Positions 52,327-64,000 of a stretch of DNA of 64,000 nt are shown one piece after another. The position numbers were made by a program, and so were the translations under genes. Numbering within the stretch: position 1 is the stretch's first letter; every line of letters starts with the position of its first letter. The DNA comes from Bispira polyomma (taxonomy: Eukaryota), in assembly GCA_965649765.1 (NCBI GenBank), contig OZ287756.1:7564001-7628000 (forward strand), given 5' to 3'. Below the pieces are notes generated by a model. The model had not been told where the DNA came from. It saw nothing but the letters and a program-made list of their open reading frames with translations, and did not search any database.

Positions 52327-54122
52327 GTAGGATTATTTTCTTATACAATATAAATATTTGTGTCTTAAAGACATACCAGTGTAGCCAATCACCTTTTAAT
52401 AATAATATTTAGTCTAGTCAAGAAGAGGCTACGAGAACTTGTAGTGCCTGATATATTTCATTGTGTAAAAATATATTTCGACCTCATATCATGAATTATG
52501 TCTCATCAGAGGCTGGGGTAGTGTATCGTCAATAGCCCTAAGGTACAAAAATGGTGTCTGGTTTTATCCAGTGTTATCCGGTGGATATCACATCTTTTAT
52601 CCTGTTTATTCTGTTTAGTTTCCAGTTTTGCAGGATATTTTTATATGAATTGTGCATAAACCAAATACAAATATGCAACAATTCTTAGTCAATATGTTGA
52701 CTTTAAATGAATAGTAATAAAGCATCTTATGAAGACGGTTTCCTTGGTGACAAACTCGCATTGCATTCTGACCCATTGCGATGTAATGTCTTATAACAGA
52801 TCACCCTTCAAGTTTGAATAATAATATAAAGTAATGTAAAGTAATAAAAAGTATGTAGATTTACTGTAAAAAAATAAGGAAGTGCACGCCACAGGAGATA
52901 CATACCACATAAAATATAACAGTGGGATTTCAATTACTCTTCTCTGAGATTTTGAAGGGAATGCTTCTAACACCTAGACTGCGGTTCCCCCTACTCATAT
53001 TTTAACCTGTTCACAACTGTATAGTATTCCACAGTACAGAAGGAGATTCACAGGTTAACAGGTTCCAGATAAGTGTTGTCGGTAAAGAGCGACTAACACA
53101 GTAGAACCTGGCATATCATTACCGCTTCATGTATATTTCTATAAATATAGAACTACAAAATAAAAATATAGTATATGGCTGTTGACTGATAGTCAATAGA
53201 TATACCTTCTCCAAAAAGGGTTTGGTGTCAACTTGCGAGTCGGAATGCGAGGTTGGCGGAATGCAATGTGGGAAGCACTAATTCATATCGACACTTCTTG
53301 CATTGTAATTGATATATTTACAATTGTAATATATTCATGTCATGTAAACGCCCCCCTTACCCAAATTTAAAAAATTAAAAAATATTTACAATAGTATTTA
53401 ACTTATATTTTGACAGCAGCTTGAAGTGTGCATAACAATTTAAGATCAGTTGCACTTTTCATTTATATATATGCTGCAGATGGTTAAGATAAATAATTTT
53501 TTTTTTTTTTTTTTTTTTTGGGGGGGGGAGTTATCTGTTTATGTGTTTCATTAATGTAAGAATGACTTAGCATTTGCTAGTGTTAATCAATGTACATACT
53601 ACATACTATCAATCTAACGTTTATAGCTATTTTATGCTGGATTAACCTTGTCAAAGTATGTTTAGCAATACATCCGGCTTAACACAATCTATCTTATTCC
53701 GAAAATCACTAAGAACAGGCCACGAGGAAGAGTTACTATGCATGTAATAGGTGGGACATGACCCGGTTGTAAATTGATGGAAAGTGATATATACAAACAA
53801 GTATTGGCTTCCAATTTACATTTACAATGAGTCATTTTTGTCTGTTTGTTTTTGTTATGTTTTTGTTTATCATTATACCTTAACATATTCAACTATCATG
53901 AAAAACAAAAGTTTCAGCCACTTGGGAAATATTTCACGTTAAGATTAGATATAAATCATGTAAATACATCTATTTTACACTATTTGGTAGATTAAACACC
54001 GAAACAGCTTTCAGGGATTTTCTACTGTTTTAATATTGTCATTGTGATACTATTTTCTTTGTTTTCAGGGCTTTGCTACTGTTTTAATATTGTCATTGTG
54101 ATGCTGTTTTCTTTGTTTTCAG

Positions 54123-54250
54123 GGCTTTACTACTGTTTTAATATTGTCATTGTGATGCTTTCCATATTCCTGTCTTCATTAATTGCACATATTGGGGGCG
54201 CCGGGAAACCAATGAGAGCACGAAAACCAGTACCTGCTTGGCTAAGAAAG
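54123..54250 (+). CDS. Cys-loop LGIC exon 7 (M3, MX helix); alternative in-frame acceptors at 54015 and 54069
   Basis: TTTTCAG|(G)LYYCFNIVIVMLSIFLSSLIAHIGGAGKPMRARKPVPAWLRK|GTATGC. Confidence 0.9.
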
Positions 54251-57052
54251 GTATGCTAACATATCTACAATTCCAGGACCTTTTTAATATGAACTGGCAC
54301 TACTTAGAACCAGCTAAGTTTCAACTAATCAAATTTATTGAAACAATATTTGTAGGCAAGCAATTTGCTGGAGTCAAAAATTTTAAAATGAAAATAGTCG
54401 TGAATACCAGGCCTGGTGAACAACACCACAAATCTATCCCCCAATTTATCCTTTCACCCGTGTTTATTGGTCAGTTGGTTTGGTAAAGAGATGGTCTTAA
54501 AAGAATCCATTCAATATAGGACAAGTGTGAAAGGGTAGATCCAACAATTTGTGTTTTACTTGGCAGTGGTATGGGCCTTCGTAGTTTATTGATACAAATA
54601 AGTTAAAATACCCGTGAAAGATGGTCCTATGTTGGCATTGTAATTTTAAGATAACATTTTAAAAATAAGCATTGTTATGTTCGACAAGGAAGTTTTGCTT
54701 TTTGCTATGTCCATTGGCTGGTTTGTCACATGGATTTCACAGAATCCATTGCAATGATTTTTACACAATATTTGCTAGAGGGATTGGGCATTGCTAAGAA
54801 AACAACCCACTAAATGTAAAGCAGATGAGGGTATTGTTTGCCAATCTTAGACAATCTTGAATATGTGCTCTACTAAGTTTCCTTGTGTAGTTTGTTTTTG
54901 AAAGCAAGTTACAACTCTCAAATATGATGGGGAGGAGAGGTTATAAATTTTAAAGGGTGGACAGCAAATCAGAAGGGACCGGGCCTTAAGGTGCGTCCTT
55001 CCCCAAAGCTAACAGGCATGCTGCATATTTGTCTTTATATTGTGTTACTCTGCTCATGCATAGTTGGATTAATAAACAAATACTCCTCTAGGGAAACAAC
55101 CACCATCAACTGGAATTTGTGCGACATGTACAAAACCAAAGCAAAGTGAAACTACACCCGTTTTTGTTCTGAGCAACATTATTCCTGAGGCAAAGTTACA
55201 TGAAATGCTTCAAGTAGTGTCTAAGATGACATTGTTTTTTTTTTAGTAAAGTATGAATTCAGAAAAAAAACTTGCTATGTTAAAAAGTATGTGTTTCTAC
55301 TTTCTTGTTTGATTAAATCGAAACATACAGTTTAGTTTTTAATCAAAATCAAGTCCTTAATATCACACATAAAACTGCTGCAAATATTTGAATATTTGGC
55401 AAGTTATAATGTACAAATGTGGCTTGCTAAAAGTGGATTTGTTAACAACAGAAAACTATCAGGCCTGTTTAGTTCATAGTCATACATGATTTTGTTTTCT
55501 GTGTCTTGCAGTCATAGCATTGTTCCCCAGTGTTTTCATTCGGAAAATGGCCCCACCATCTTAGAAAATATGTAAGACCTTCATGGATTGTTAGGAAGCA
55601 ATCGATCTGGCCAAACTGAGGGGTAGTCAGATTTACTATCAGGATCAGTATATATCAAGCGCATAACTACATGTAAAATGCTTCAAATTTGTTTATATCG
55701 AAATAGCTTAGGTGACGCCCTTGGTAGTTTCAGAATAGGCAAAATAAGTTGAACCTTGATCTGAAATATCTCCACTCTGAATTTAAAAAACATGAAACTT
55801 GAAAACCTTTTTGTATATCTGGCTTGTATGAGTTCCCGCCACTTTTATCTGAAGCAAGAGACGACACTTTTTAAGGTTGCTTCTTAGTTTTTTGTGGGGG
55901 AAGGCGGTGGCTGGGCTGAATAGTTGTATAGGACTGCAGTTTTGCAATTATGGTCTTGTAAATCTCAACCCAAAAGTTCAAGACAGATGATATTGGACTT
56001 GAAACAATGCAATTGACAAATTCTTTAGCGACAGCAAAACATCCGATTTCATGGACTTCTCGCATTACTTCATCCGCATAGATCAGTTAAATTCTCCATA
56101 AAAATGTTGGGTGTGGCATCAATGCACAATAAATGTCACCCATTACTCAAGCCAGTGTATACAAACACCGCCCCACCCCCTCCTCTGTTACATTTTGATA
56201 CTCTTTGTTGTTTTTGTGACTAGAATCAACCAGTTTGAACCAGTTCTTGCCTTATTGCGAGTTAATGATTATCTCTGGGCAAAGGAGATGTTATGTCTTT
56301 GTTACCCTTTGTTTGTTAATGATTGGAGTTAAACTGAAGAACTACTAAAGTGATAAATACTTGAAATTAGGTTGAGAGATGGCACATTAGTGATACAATT
56401 AGTGTCTGATGTACTAACAATTTCCTATTGTGAGGAATTGAAGGAAAATATAATAACAATTATTTTGGGAGTTGACTGATTACCCGATAGACATCTTGGT
56501 CCTGGGAGTAAGACATGCTTTTTTCTGTTAGTCGACAACCTGGGGGTTTAAAGGAGTTAAATGTAATCACTTTGTCATGCCACAGTCAAGTGTACTTGAC
56601 CCAATTTAAATATTGTTGGTTCAATCAGTAGCATTTTGCCAAGGTCTGTGTTAATCAGGTGCAGCCTGATATTATTTTCATTCGAAAAATGGCGCCACCA
56701 TCTTATAAAATATGGAAAGCCTTTATGTATTGTTAGTAACTAATCGACCTGGTAAAACTGAGGGGTGTGTCAAATTTATTGTTATCAGGCGCAGCCGAGC
56801 TTCAGTATATAGTGACCATATTATTATTATGAATTTTTATCGCTCTTAATTGATGCTAGGCAAGCACAACAGCAGAATCTTTGATCCAATTGGGCACAAA
56901 AAGGTCATAAGGAAAGATGTAGAGGCATATCAATGCAAGTGTATTTCACAGTGTATTTTTTCAAAAACAACTCTTGTTGCTGTTCAGGACATGCTTCTAA
57001 ACTGGTACACTACTTCTTAAATGGTTTATATTTATAACAATTTTTGTTCTAG

Positions 57053-57197
57053 TTGCTGAGGATGTCAGAAAAGTCCCCCATCAGATGCAATTCCAATGGT
57101 GTAGCACATAAAGCCTATTCCAAAAACAAAGGCTCAGATGAAGAAATGGGACATCTTCTCGACATATTTAAGTCAGTGTCGACTGAAGGTTCCTCAG
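57053..57197 (+). CDS. Cys-loop LGIC exon 8 (intracellular loop)
   Basis: TTGTTCTAG|LLRMSEKSPIRC...STEGSS(G)|GTGAAA. It bridges phase 0 (exon 7) to phase 1 (exon 9). Confidence 0.7.
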
Positions 57198-57231
57198 GTG
57201 AAAGTCAATCTCTTTTGCATTTGAATTTAGT

Positions 57232-57413
57232 AGGTTTTACGTGTCTTTTAACAGCTCAGGTCAAGTTACAACAGCCAGAGTTGATGGTGAAATAAACCAG
57301 TGCTGAAGCACTGTAAACCACCCACCATGGCAAGTACCTGACAAATAGGATTCGAACCCACAGTGATGAGAGGCAGGTGATTGTAAAGCATGTACTTCTA
57401 ACCACCAGACACT
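57232..57413 (-). mobile_element. tRNA-derived SINE copy
   Basis: B box GGTTCGAATCC on the minus strand (57348-57358) and the shared body. Confidence 0.7.
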
Positions 57414-58608
57414 GTGCTCGTATTTACAAGCACTTCAATGGAAATAGGTTCTAAAGAAAAATTAAATACTAATATTGAATCAGATAGGAGAGATTTGAAT
57501 TGCACACAAATTTCTTTTCTTGTGAACTGGAAACTATATGTGCAAATTCAACTACCCGACACCCAACACTTGATATAGAAAAGATTTAGCCTCCATAATC
57601 CTCTTGATATACAAACTATTAATAAGTAGGTCCCCCCGCCCCCTCTGTCTCATTGGGTAAAATTAAAGAAATTTTTAATGGAGATATTTGTACTGGTACT
57701 GTAACAGTTAAGGCCCACGAGGAAAAAAGGTGAATATACAAATATTGTATTGAAAGCAAAATGGCACACTAAATGCACCAGTATATTAATAGAACATTTA
57801 AAAAACAATCTGTAAACCATTTATTTCCAGCCAAACAATAGGTGGGTTTAACTGTTGTAGCACTAGTAGTCGATGTTACATACTTGATCGGTTCAGATGT
57901 GATGGGGGCGGGTGTGGATCTCTATTTAGTTTGGGATTTAACATCACTTTCGAACATGTTTTGTGTCATGTTATCACTGTCAGGGGAAATTAGAGCCGGG
58001 TATATAGTTTGTCACGGTCTTTGTAAAACGACTGGCCTTCAGCGAGTCTACTGTAGGGATTTATTCCAGCACCATTGAATCTCATGTCGTGCTTATGGGC
58101 TGCTTGATATAGATTGCTGAAAAGAATGGCCGTCACTATCATTTTTCTTGATATATAAACTACTAGTAAATATCTATTTATAGCATACATTTGCCATCAC
58201 TAGCTTCCCTGAAACATTTTTATACACCACACATATACCCGATGAAAATAACTACAATGTACCAATACTTGACTTTTGGTAAGTCTAGTATGTATGGTTT
58301 ATAGCTACAGATAAGCTGTGTTCAGCACTAGAAGGGTACATTACTATAGAGTAGTTGAGTAGATCTTCAATAGACTGTTACCCAGTGTGTGGTACTACAA
58401 TGCACCCATACTTATTGTTTTGTTTGTTATTTTATTATGATTGTGGATGATTTCAAGCTACAGAGAAGCTGTGCTCTGCACTTAAAGGGTTCATTTATTG
58501 AGAGTAGTAAAATAGATCTTTAATAGACTCTTACCCCGTGTGTGGCACTTGCAGTGCATCCATACTTGGTCTTTTTGTTAATTTATTATTATTGTTTATG
58601 ATTTCTAG

Positions 58609-58796
58609 CTACAGAGAAGCTGTGCGCTGCACTACAGGGGTACATTTCTCAGAGAAAAGTGGACGAGAAGCGACAGCAGGAAATTAAGTGCGTTAACCAA
58701 GACTGGACTTACGTAGCCACAATGTTGGACAGGATCATTATGTTCATCTACTTACTGGTCATTATTGCATCACTCATATGGTTGTTCCCGCAATGA
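58609..58796 (+). CDS. Cys-loop LGIC exon 9 (MA helix, M4, stop); not in the ORF track
   Basis: TTCTAG|(A)TEKLCAALQGYISQRKVDEKRQQEIKCVNQDWTYVATMLDRIIMFIYLLVIIASLIWLFPQ*. DWxxVAxxLDR is diagnostic for this family. Confidence 0.93.
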
Positions 58797-59199
58797 AAAA
58801 TGAGATAAAAAGGAATGACATGTAACTTTCACTTCAGTAATAATATCCAACAGTCGGTGGACGGCATTGATGTTTGACAGAAGCAGAGAACATTGGAAGT
58901 AAAAGATTTCAAGATAATGGCCTTTCAATGCAATAGATTTTCAGAGACTATGATCAGACAATTATCTCAAGACTTTTTGTTGACCCAAATACTGTAATAT
59001 TATATAGGTTTCTATTTATATGTTTTAGGTGCAAGTTAGTTGTAATAATTGCCTTCTTTTACCTGGTCAATGCCGAAAGAGTCTTGAAACTGGATATTTT
59101 CATCTGAGAGTGGAAACTTTGTTTTTTTAAATACTCCACTTAAATAATTATTATGCAGCTGAAGGTAACACTAAGCAATAATACATAAACATATATTAT

Positions 59200-59770
59200 G
59201 TTACCTGAGCTGTAGGACCTCAAAGTCACACATTAATTCTGTTATTTGAGCTGTAGGACCTCAAAGTCGCACATTAATTCTGTTATCTTAGCTGTAGGAC
59301 CTCAAATAACACATTTTGTTATCTGAGCTGTTGGACCTCAAAGTCACACATTAATTCTGTCATTTAGGCTATAAGACCTCAAAGTCACACATTAATCCTG
59401 TTATCTAAGCTGTAGGACCTTAAAACCACACATTAATTCTGTTACCTGAGCTGTAGGACCTCAAAGTCAAACATTGCTTCTGTTACCTGAGCTGTAGGAC
59501 CTCAAAGTCACACATTAATTCTGTTACCTGAGCTGTAGGACCTCAAAGTCACACATTAATTCTGTTATCTGAGCTGTAGGACCTCAAAGTTACACATTAA
59601 TTCTGTTACCTGAGCTGTAGAACCTCAAAATCACACATTAATTATGTTGCCTGAGCTGTAGAACCTCAAAGTCATAGTCATTACGTTACCTGAGCTGTAG
59701 CACCACAAAACCCAAGAATTCTGGCACCTCAGGTATAGTACCTCAAAGTCACACATTAATTCTGCCGCCT
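59200..59770. repeat. 41-bp minisatellite, ~14 copies
   Basis: Unit GTTACCTGAGCTGTAGGACCTCAAAGTCACACATTAATTCT, head-to-tail with no spacers. Confidence 0.95.
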
Positions 59771-60523
59771 CAGTTATAGTTGCCCAAAGCCCAGTTTGAC
59801 AATAAGCCAAAACTTGAAGGTACAAACATGCCATTTTATGTCAAGATTGTGTGTCCGAATGGCTTACCAATAGTGAGCACTTAAGTAATACCAAATTATA
59901 TGGACAGGGTATGGTGGATCCTGTATATTTATTCTAGGAAAATGAAATACTGAGAAACATGAAATATGGAAACATGGGGAAATTCAAAGCTTTTCTAAAT
60001 ACTAGTGGTGCCCTAACCTATATGTTCTAATGAGCCTTTTTTGCCATAAGCCCAATGTAGTTGTAAAGATAAGGACTCTCTAACTGTCCCTACTTTAGGA
60101 AAAGTTGAGACATACATGACAAAGATAAAACACAGTAGCAAACACATGTGGAGTTAAGTAAAAAAAGATAGAAGTAGGTCCACAAACTCTAATAACTTAC
60201 CATTTCTTCTTGATTTCTAGTACCGTTATGCAAATAGAAATCCTGACTATTTTGTTAGAACACATTTTCCATGTATTATTGCTTGATTAACAATTGTGTT
60301 TTTACAAGCTATGTGCAAGTGAAGTCCAGACAAATTTGGTATATTACGTAGTTTAATAATTCACCGCGGCATGCCAGCATCATAAGACATATTCAGAACA
60401 TGCTGTTCTGCCACAAACACAATATAACAATGCTTCTAACTTTTTGCCTCTAATGATACCAAGTTGAAAAATAGACAGACCATGGATAAACTCATCTACC
60501 ACATATTTGGAGTCAACAATTTT

Positions 60524-60528
<5 letters not shown>

Positions 60529-60566
<38 letters not shown>
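60529..60566. repeat. (TA)n microsatellite
   Basis: Pure TA run. Confidence 0.95.
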
Positions 60567-60572
<6 letters not shown>

Positions 60573-61537
60573 CAATATTTATGTAATTAATGTTTTTAAT
60601 GTTTAAATAAATTTACAAATTAAACTTCTGCTTCATTTGAAATATTTCATTGTGTTCTTAACAAAGTATTCACATGTGTATTTATAGCCAGTGCCAGTGT
60701 GTGAAAACTCCACTCAAATATTATCAAACATTTACATAATGTAGAGTGAAACAATAAATGTGTTATAATAGAAGATACTTTTTTCTTTTGTGATATCAAG
60801 GTGTCACCAGCATGTACGTTGTATCATTTGCATAAAAGTAGCAAAAAGATATGTTCCATATATTTAATACATATATTACACATTAATTATGTTACCTGAG
60901 CGTGGTATATGTTCCATATATTTTACATAAAAATGGACAAAACATAGAAGCAGAACATAACACAACAGACATAATAAATTTCAAGAATTTGTCTTACAGC
61001 AAACAACATTAGACATTGCTATGATTTAAATTTAAATTTTGTTTGATTAAAAAATGTGTTAGTCATATCCAGCATTGATTATATATACATATTTATATAT
61101 AACACAACTAAAATAAATGCATACACTTAATGCAATTGGTCATGATTGCTTGAAAATATAATATTAAAATTAAAATCACCAAATTAAATTATATTAAAAA
61201 ATCAAGTATAACATGGTACCTCTACATTCATGGGGATAAATTTGTGATGGTGTAATATCATGTCAATCTTATTAGTGCAAGTAATTTCCAAGATACTTTA
61301 TGACATTGATCAAGAAGTTTTGTAGAAGGTAAAAAACTCAACAATTGTGTTATCAAATATCAAATCAACCCTTATAGCTTTCTTTGGAAATGATATAAAT
61401 TGCATATTAGAAACTAGAAATCTGAAATATATCTGTTCCCAGTACATGAAGTCTACGACTAGTCAAATGTTGGTCTCTTTGTTTGCACTATAAAGTACAA
61501 CCTTTTAAGGCATGGTATTCCTGTGAAGTTTCAAACA

Positions 61538-62565
61538 CTAAAAAGATCTTGCAAACCAAGTAACCCCCCCAAAAAGCAGGGTGATCGAACCTGCACCCAC
61601 TAATGGTATATATAGGAAAAACATTGGTGTGTAGTTCCCAAAAAGGAACCCTACCAGTGCCGGCATCGACATAAATCCAATATACTGGATCAAAGAGAAT
61701 AGTGTTGTCTTCTTGGTACAGCTATTCAGCTTTTGCTGGCTAAACGATATTAAGTTTCCGAAGACTGGAGAAAATGCCAGACCAATCAACACTGTACACA
61801 CCCAAGTGATAACGATGCTTCTTGTACACGCCAATGTCATCAGTAAAAGACCGAGAAAGGCCACAAAAAAACAGACAATAATTAAATACTGCGGACATAC
61901 AACTTTAGTTGCTGGAATGCTCAAAGCCCTACCAATGGCTAAACTTCCCCAATACGCAGTAGTAATTAACGCCGCCGTGTCAAACGAACGTTTCAGATAT
62001 TTCACAACAAAGCTTAATATCCATGCCCCATACGTACACTCCATGCCACCATAAATAAAGCTTATAATAAGTAGAGTAACCAGCAATGGCTTACTACGTA
62101 CTGGTCCACCATGATCGGTTTCTTTTTGCAAAAAGCTATCAACCCTGGATAGGCCCTGTTTTCTAAAGGTTACAACGGCAATGCAAAAAACTACTACAAA
62201 AACCAAGGATGCTGTAAACATAGCCACAGATGCAATGAGATAGGGAAACAATATAACTGGCATTTCACGATTAGCAGCAGCGGTAACATTACTCATACCA
62301 TCTCTTGAACTTTCATTTGTAACATCCGAACCTCCTAAATCTTGGTACAAATTATACACAGTTTCATTACTTGAATTACCATTCACTACTCCTGTTGGAA
62401 CAGATGAATTTAAGGGTATTATGGTGGCTTCGTCAGCTAGATGTGAAACAAAAAGATCAACTATCAATGGTGTAAGACAGGATCCAAAGGATGTAATGAA
62501 ATGTAAGGCTTGCAGATACGGTGGGGACTTCAACCGCCAGGTTTTCACCACATACGAATTGCATC
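61538..62565 (-). CDS. MFS transporter, MFSD4/NaGLT1-like, last coding exon
   Basis: CCATAG|(G)CNSYVVKTW..SPPYLQALHF..FGS.LTP, YGGMECTYGAWI and YWGSLAIGR, with multiple TM helices and a stop at 61538. Confidence 0.88.
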
Positions 62566-63256
62566 CTATGGCAACAACAAAAAATACATTAGTTTCTATG
62601 TATCACATTTGGGGAACAAAAATAAATAATAGTGCATAATAATATGTATAAAAATGCTTTTTAAATATGGTGCAGTTGATGTATATGTTTATGATCTTTA
62701 TGATCACACAACTATTATTATAATATTCAAGGCTATATTAGTGCCTATAACTAATTCATTTAACTTAAGCCATATACTTAAAGGTATATAACAATGGTAC
62801 ATGAATTAGATATTGTCTAAATGTCATAATATCTGGTTATTTGTGTTCAATCGATTTCACTCTATAGTCATAATGTTACCTCCCTATTTTTACATGTTAG
62901 GATATCTATATTAATACTTTTACATTTTTGCATTAATTTTAGAAAACAAAAAGTATCTCACTACTCTATAAGCCTTTCAAAACAATATATGAGGAATATG
63001 TGCGCTTTATCTCTGCACTTAGTGGATTCTAAAGCTATAACAATGACCGTATGTTAAATTCATGAATTTTATGAGAGATTATCATTACCTCTTCTTACCA
63101 GTGATAGGCACTCTTTATTTCTATGAAATATCTGTATAAATATGCAGTTTCACATAAATAAAAGAAATACCAAATCAGATAGAATGAAAGAGACATTAAT
63201 TTCCTAAAAAAAACTCAAAATTTAAATATGTATCACCTTTTTTATATAAGACCCAC

Positions 63257-63542
63257 CTGCACCTATTATACCATGTGAAAAACCTCCAAAAACTATAACT
63301 ATCCCAAGAACAAGGAAAGACTTGCAAAACGGTACCCCAAGATTTGCTCCAACCAAGCCAAGGCATCCCAAACTGAGGATGACCTCTGGAGGGAACATGC
63401 CGAACACAAGGGCAACCAAAGCATTGCCCATTAGTGAACCACTCGCTCTCCACAAGAAAACGGAAGCGATTTCTTTAGTCGTCGATCTTGTCTGTACTTC
63501 TAAGTGAAGAATTGTTGCACCGAGAATGGAATTCCCCATTCC
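63257..63542 (-). CDS. MFS transporter, MFSD4/NaGLT1-like, penultimate exon (first exon not located)
   Basis: CTACCAG|GMGNSILGATILHL...SVFLWRASGSLMG...HGIIGA(G)|GTGGGT. It ends in phase 1, matching the next exon. Confidence 0.85.
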
Positions 63543-64000
63543 CTGGTAGGACAAACGTCAATATCAATATATATATATTATACATATAAACATACAAAAA
63601 AGTATAGATTGACATAAAAGTATGAATTTTTATTACATATAATGAAAGCACGTACATGAAAATAGTAAACATATACAGGTAAAATTCATTCAGGTATAGA
63701 TATATATATATTCTTTTATGTATATCTTGTCTTCATATAGTCTACACAAACAGTGCAAGTAGTAAATTCTGACTGAACGATTAATCAGCAATACAATCGT
63801 CTTGCAAAACACAGCTGTTTTCTTGCAGAAAATCATGATCATGTATTATTTTTTTAATATATCAGATGCTCCATTTGATTTGAGACACTTGGGTAAAGTT
63901 GTTTTTTTCAGAGAGTCTTAATTATGTCTCATTGTATTAATATATCAGAAGTTCCTTTTAGTTTTGTAGAGACACTTCTCACTTGGTCACAATTTCTGCA

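Noticed and set aside
28640-58796. Naming the channel as a specific CHRNA/CHRNB gene or as a cephalopod chemotactile receptor
   Set aside because: It lacks the alpha-defining Cys-Cys, is too divergent for orthology by eye, and needs a phylogeny.
59200-59770. CRISPR-like appearance of regular repeats (also 23524-23925)
   Set aside because: The units are head-to-tail with no unique spacers, there are no cas genes, and the context is eukaryotic.
436-63672. Remaining short ORF-track entries (60-120 aa)
   Set aside because: They are AT-rich chance ORFs, antisense shadows of real exons or transposon ORFs, or intron read-through around true exons.

Overview
AT-rich, intron-containing animal genomic DNA, most likely an invertebrate (lophotrochozoan-like, which is an inference from the gene and repeat types). 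It holds four host genes or gene parts. (1) An intronless class A GPCR on the minus strand (8068-9126). (2) The 5' end of a tandem paralog of that GPCR at the left edge. (3) A 9-exon, about 449-aa Cys-loop (nAChR-like, non-alpha) ligand-gated ion channel subunit on the plus strand, spanning about 12260-58796, which I assembled by hand from phase-compatible GT-AG junctions. (4) The 3' exons of a convergent MFSD4/NaGLT1-like MFS transporter. The channel is atypical: loop C is shortened and has no Tyr or Cys-Cys, the M2 9' gate residue is Gly instead of Leu, and two separate intron/exon junctions are triplicated. Intron 2 carries a decayed DIRS-type tyrosine-recombinase retrotransposon whose recombinase frame has no ATG but is joined in frame to gag by a strong donor/acceptor pair that would excise RT/RNase H. 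The remainder consists of L2/CR1-type LINE remnants, tRNA-derived SINEs, MITEs, a MULE transposase relic, minisatellites and local diverged duplications.
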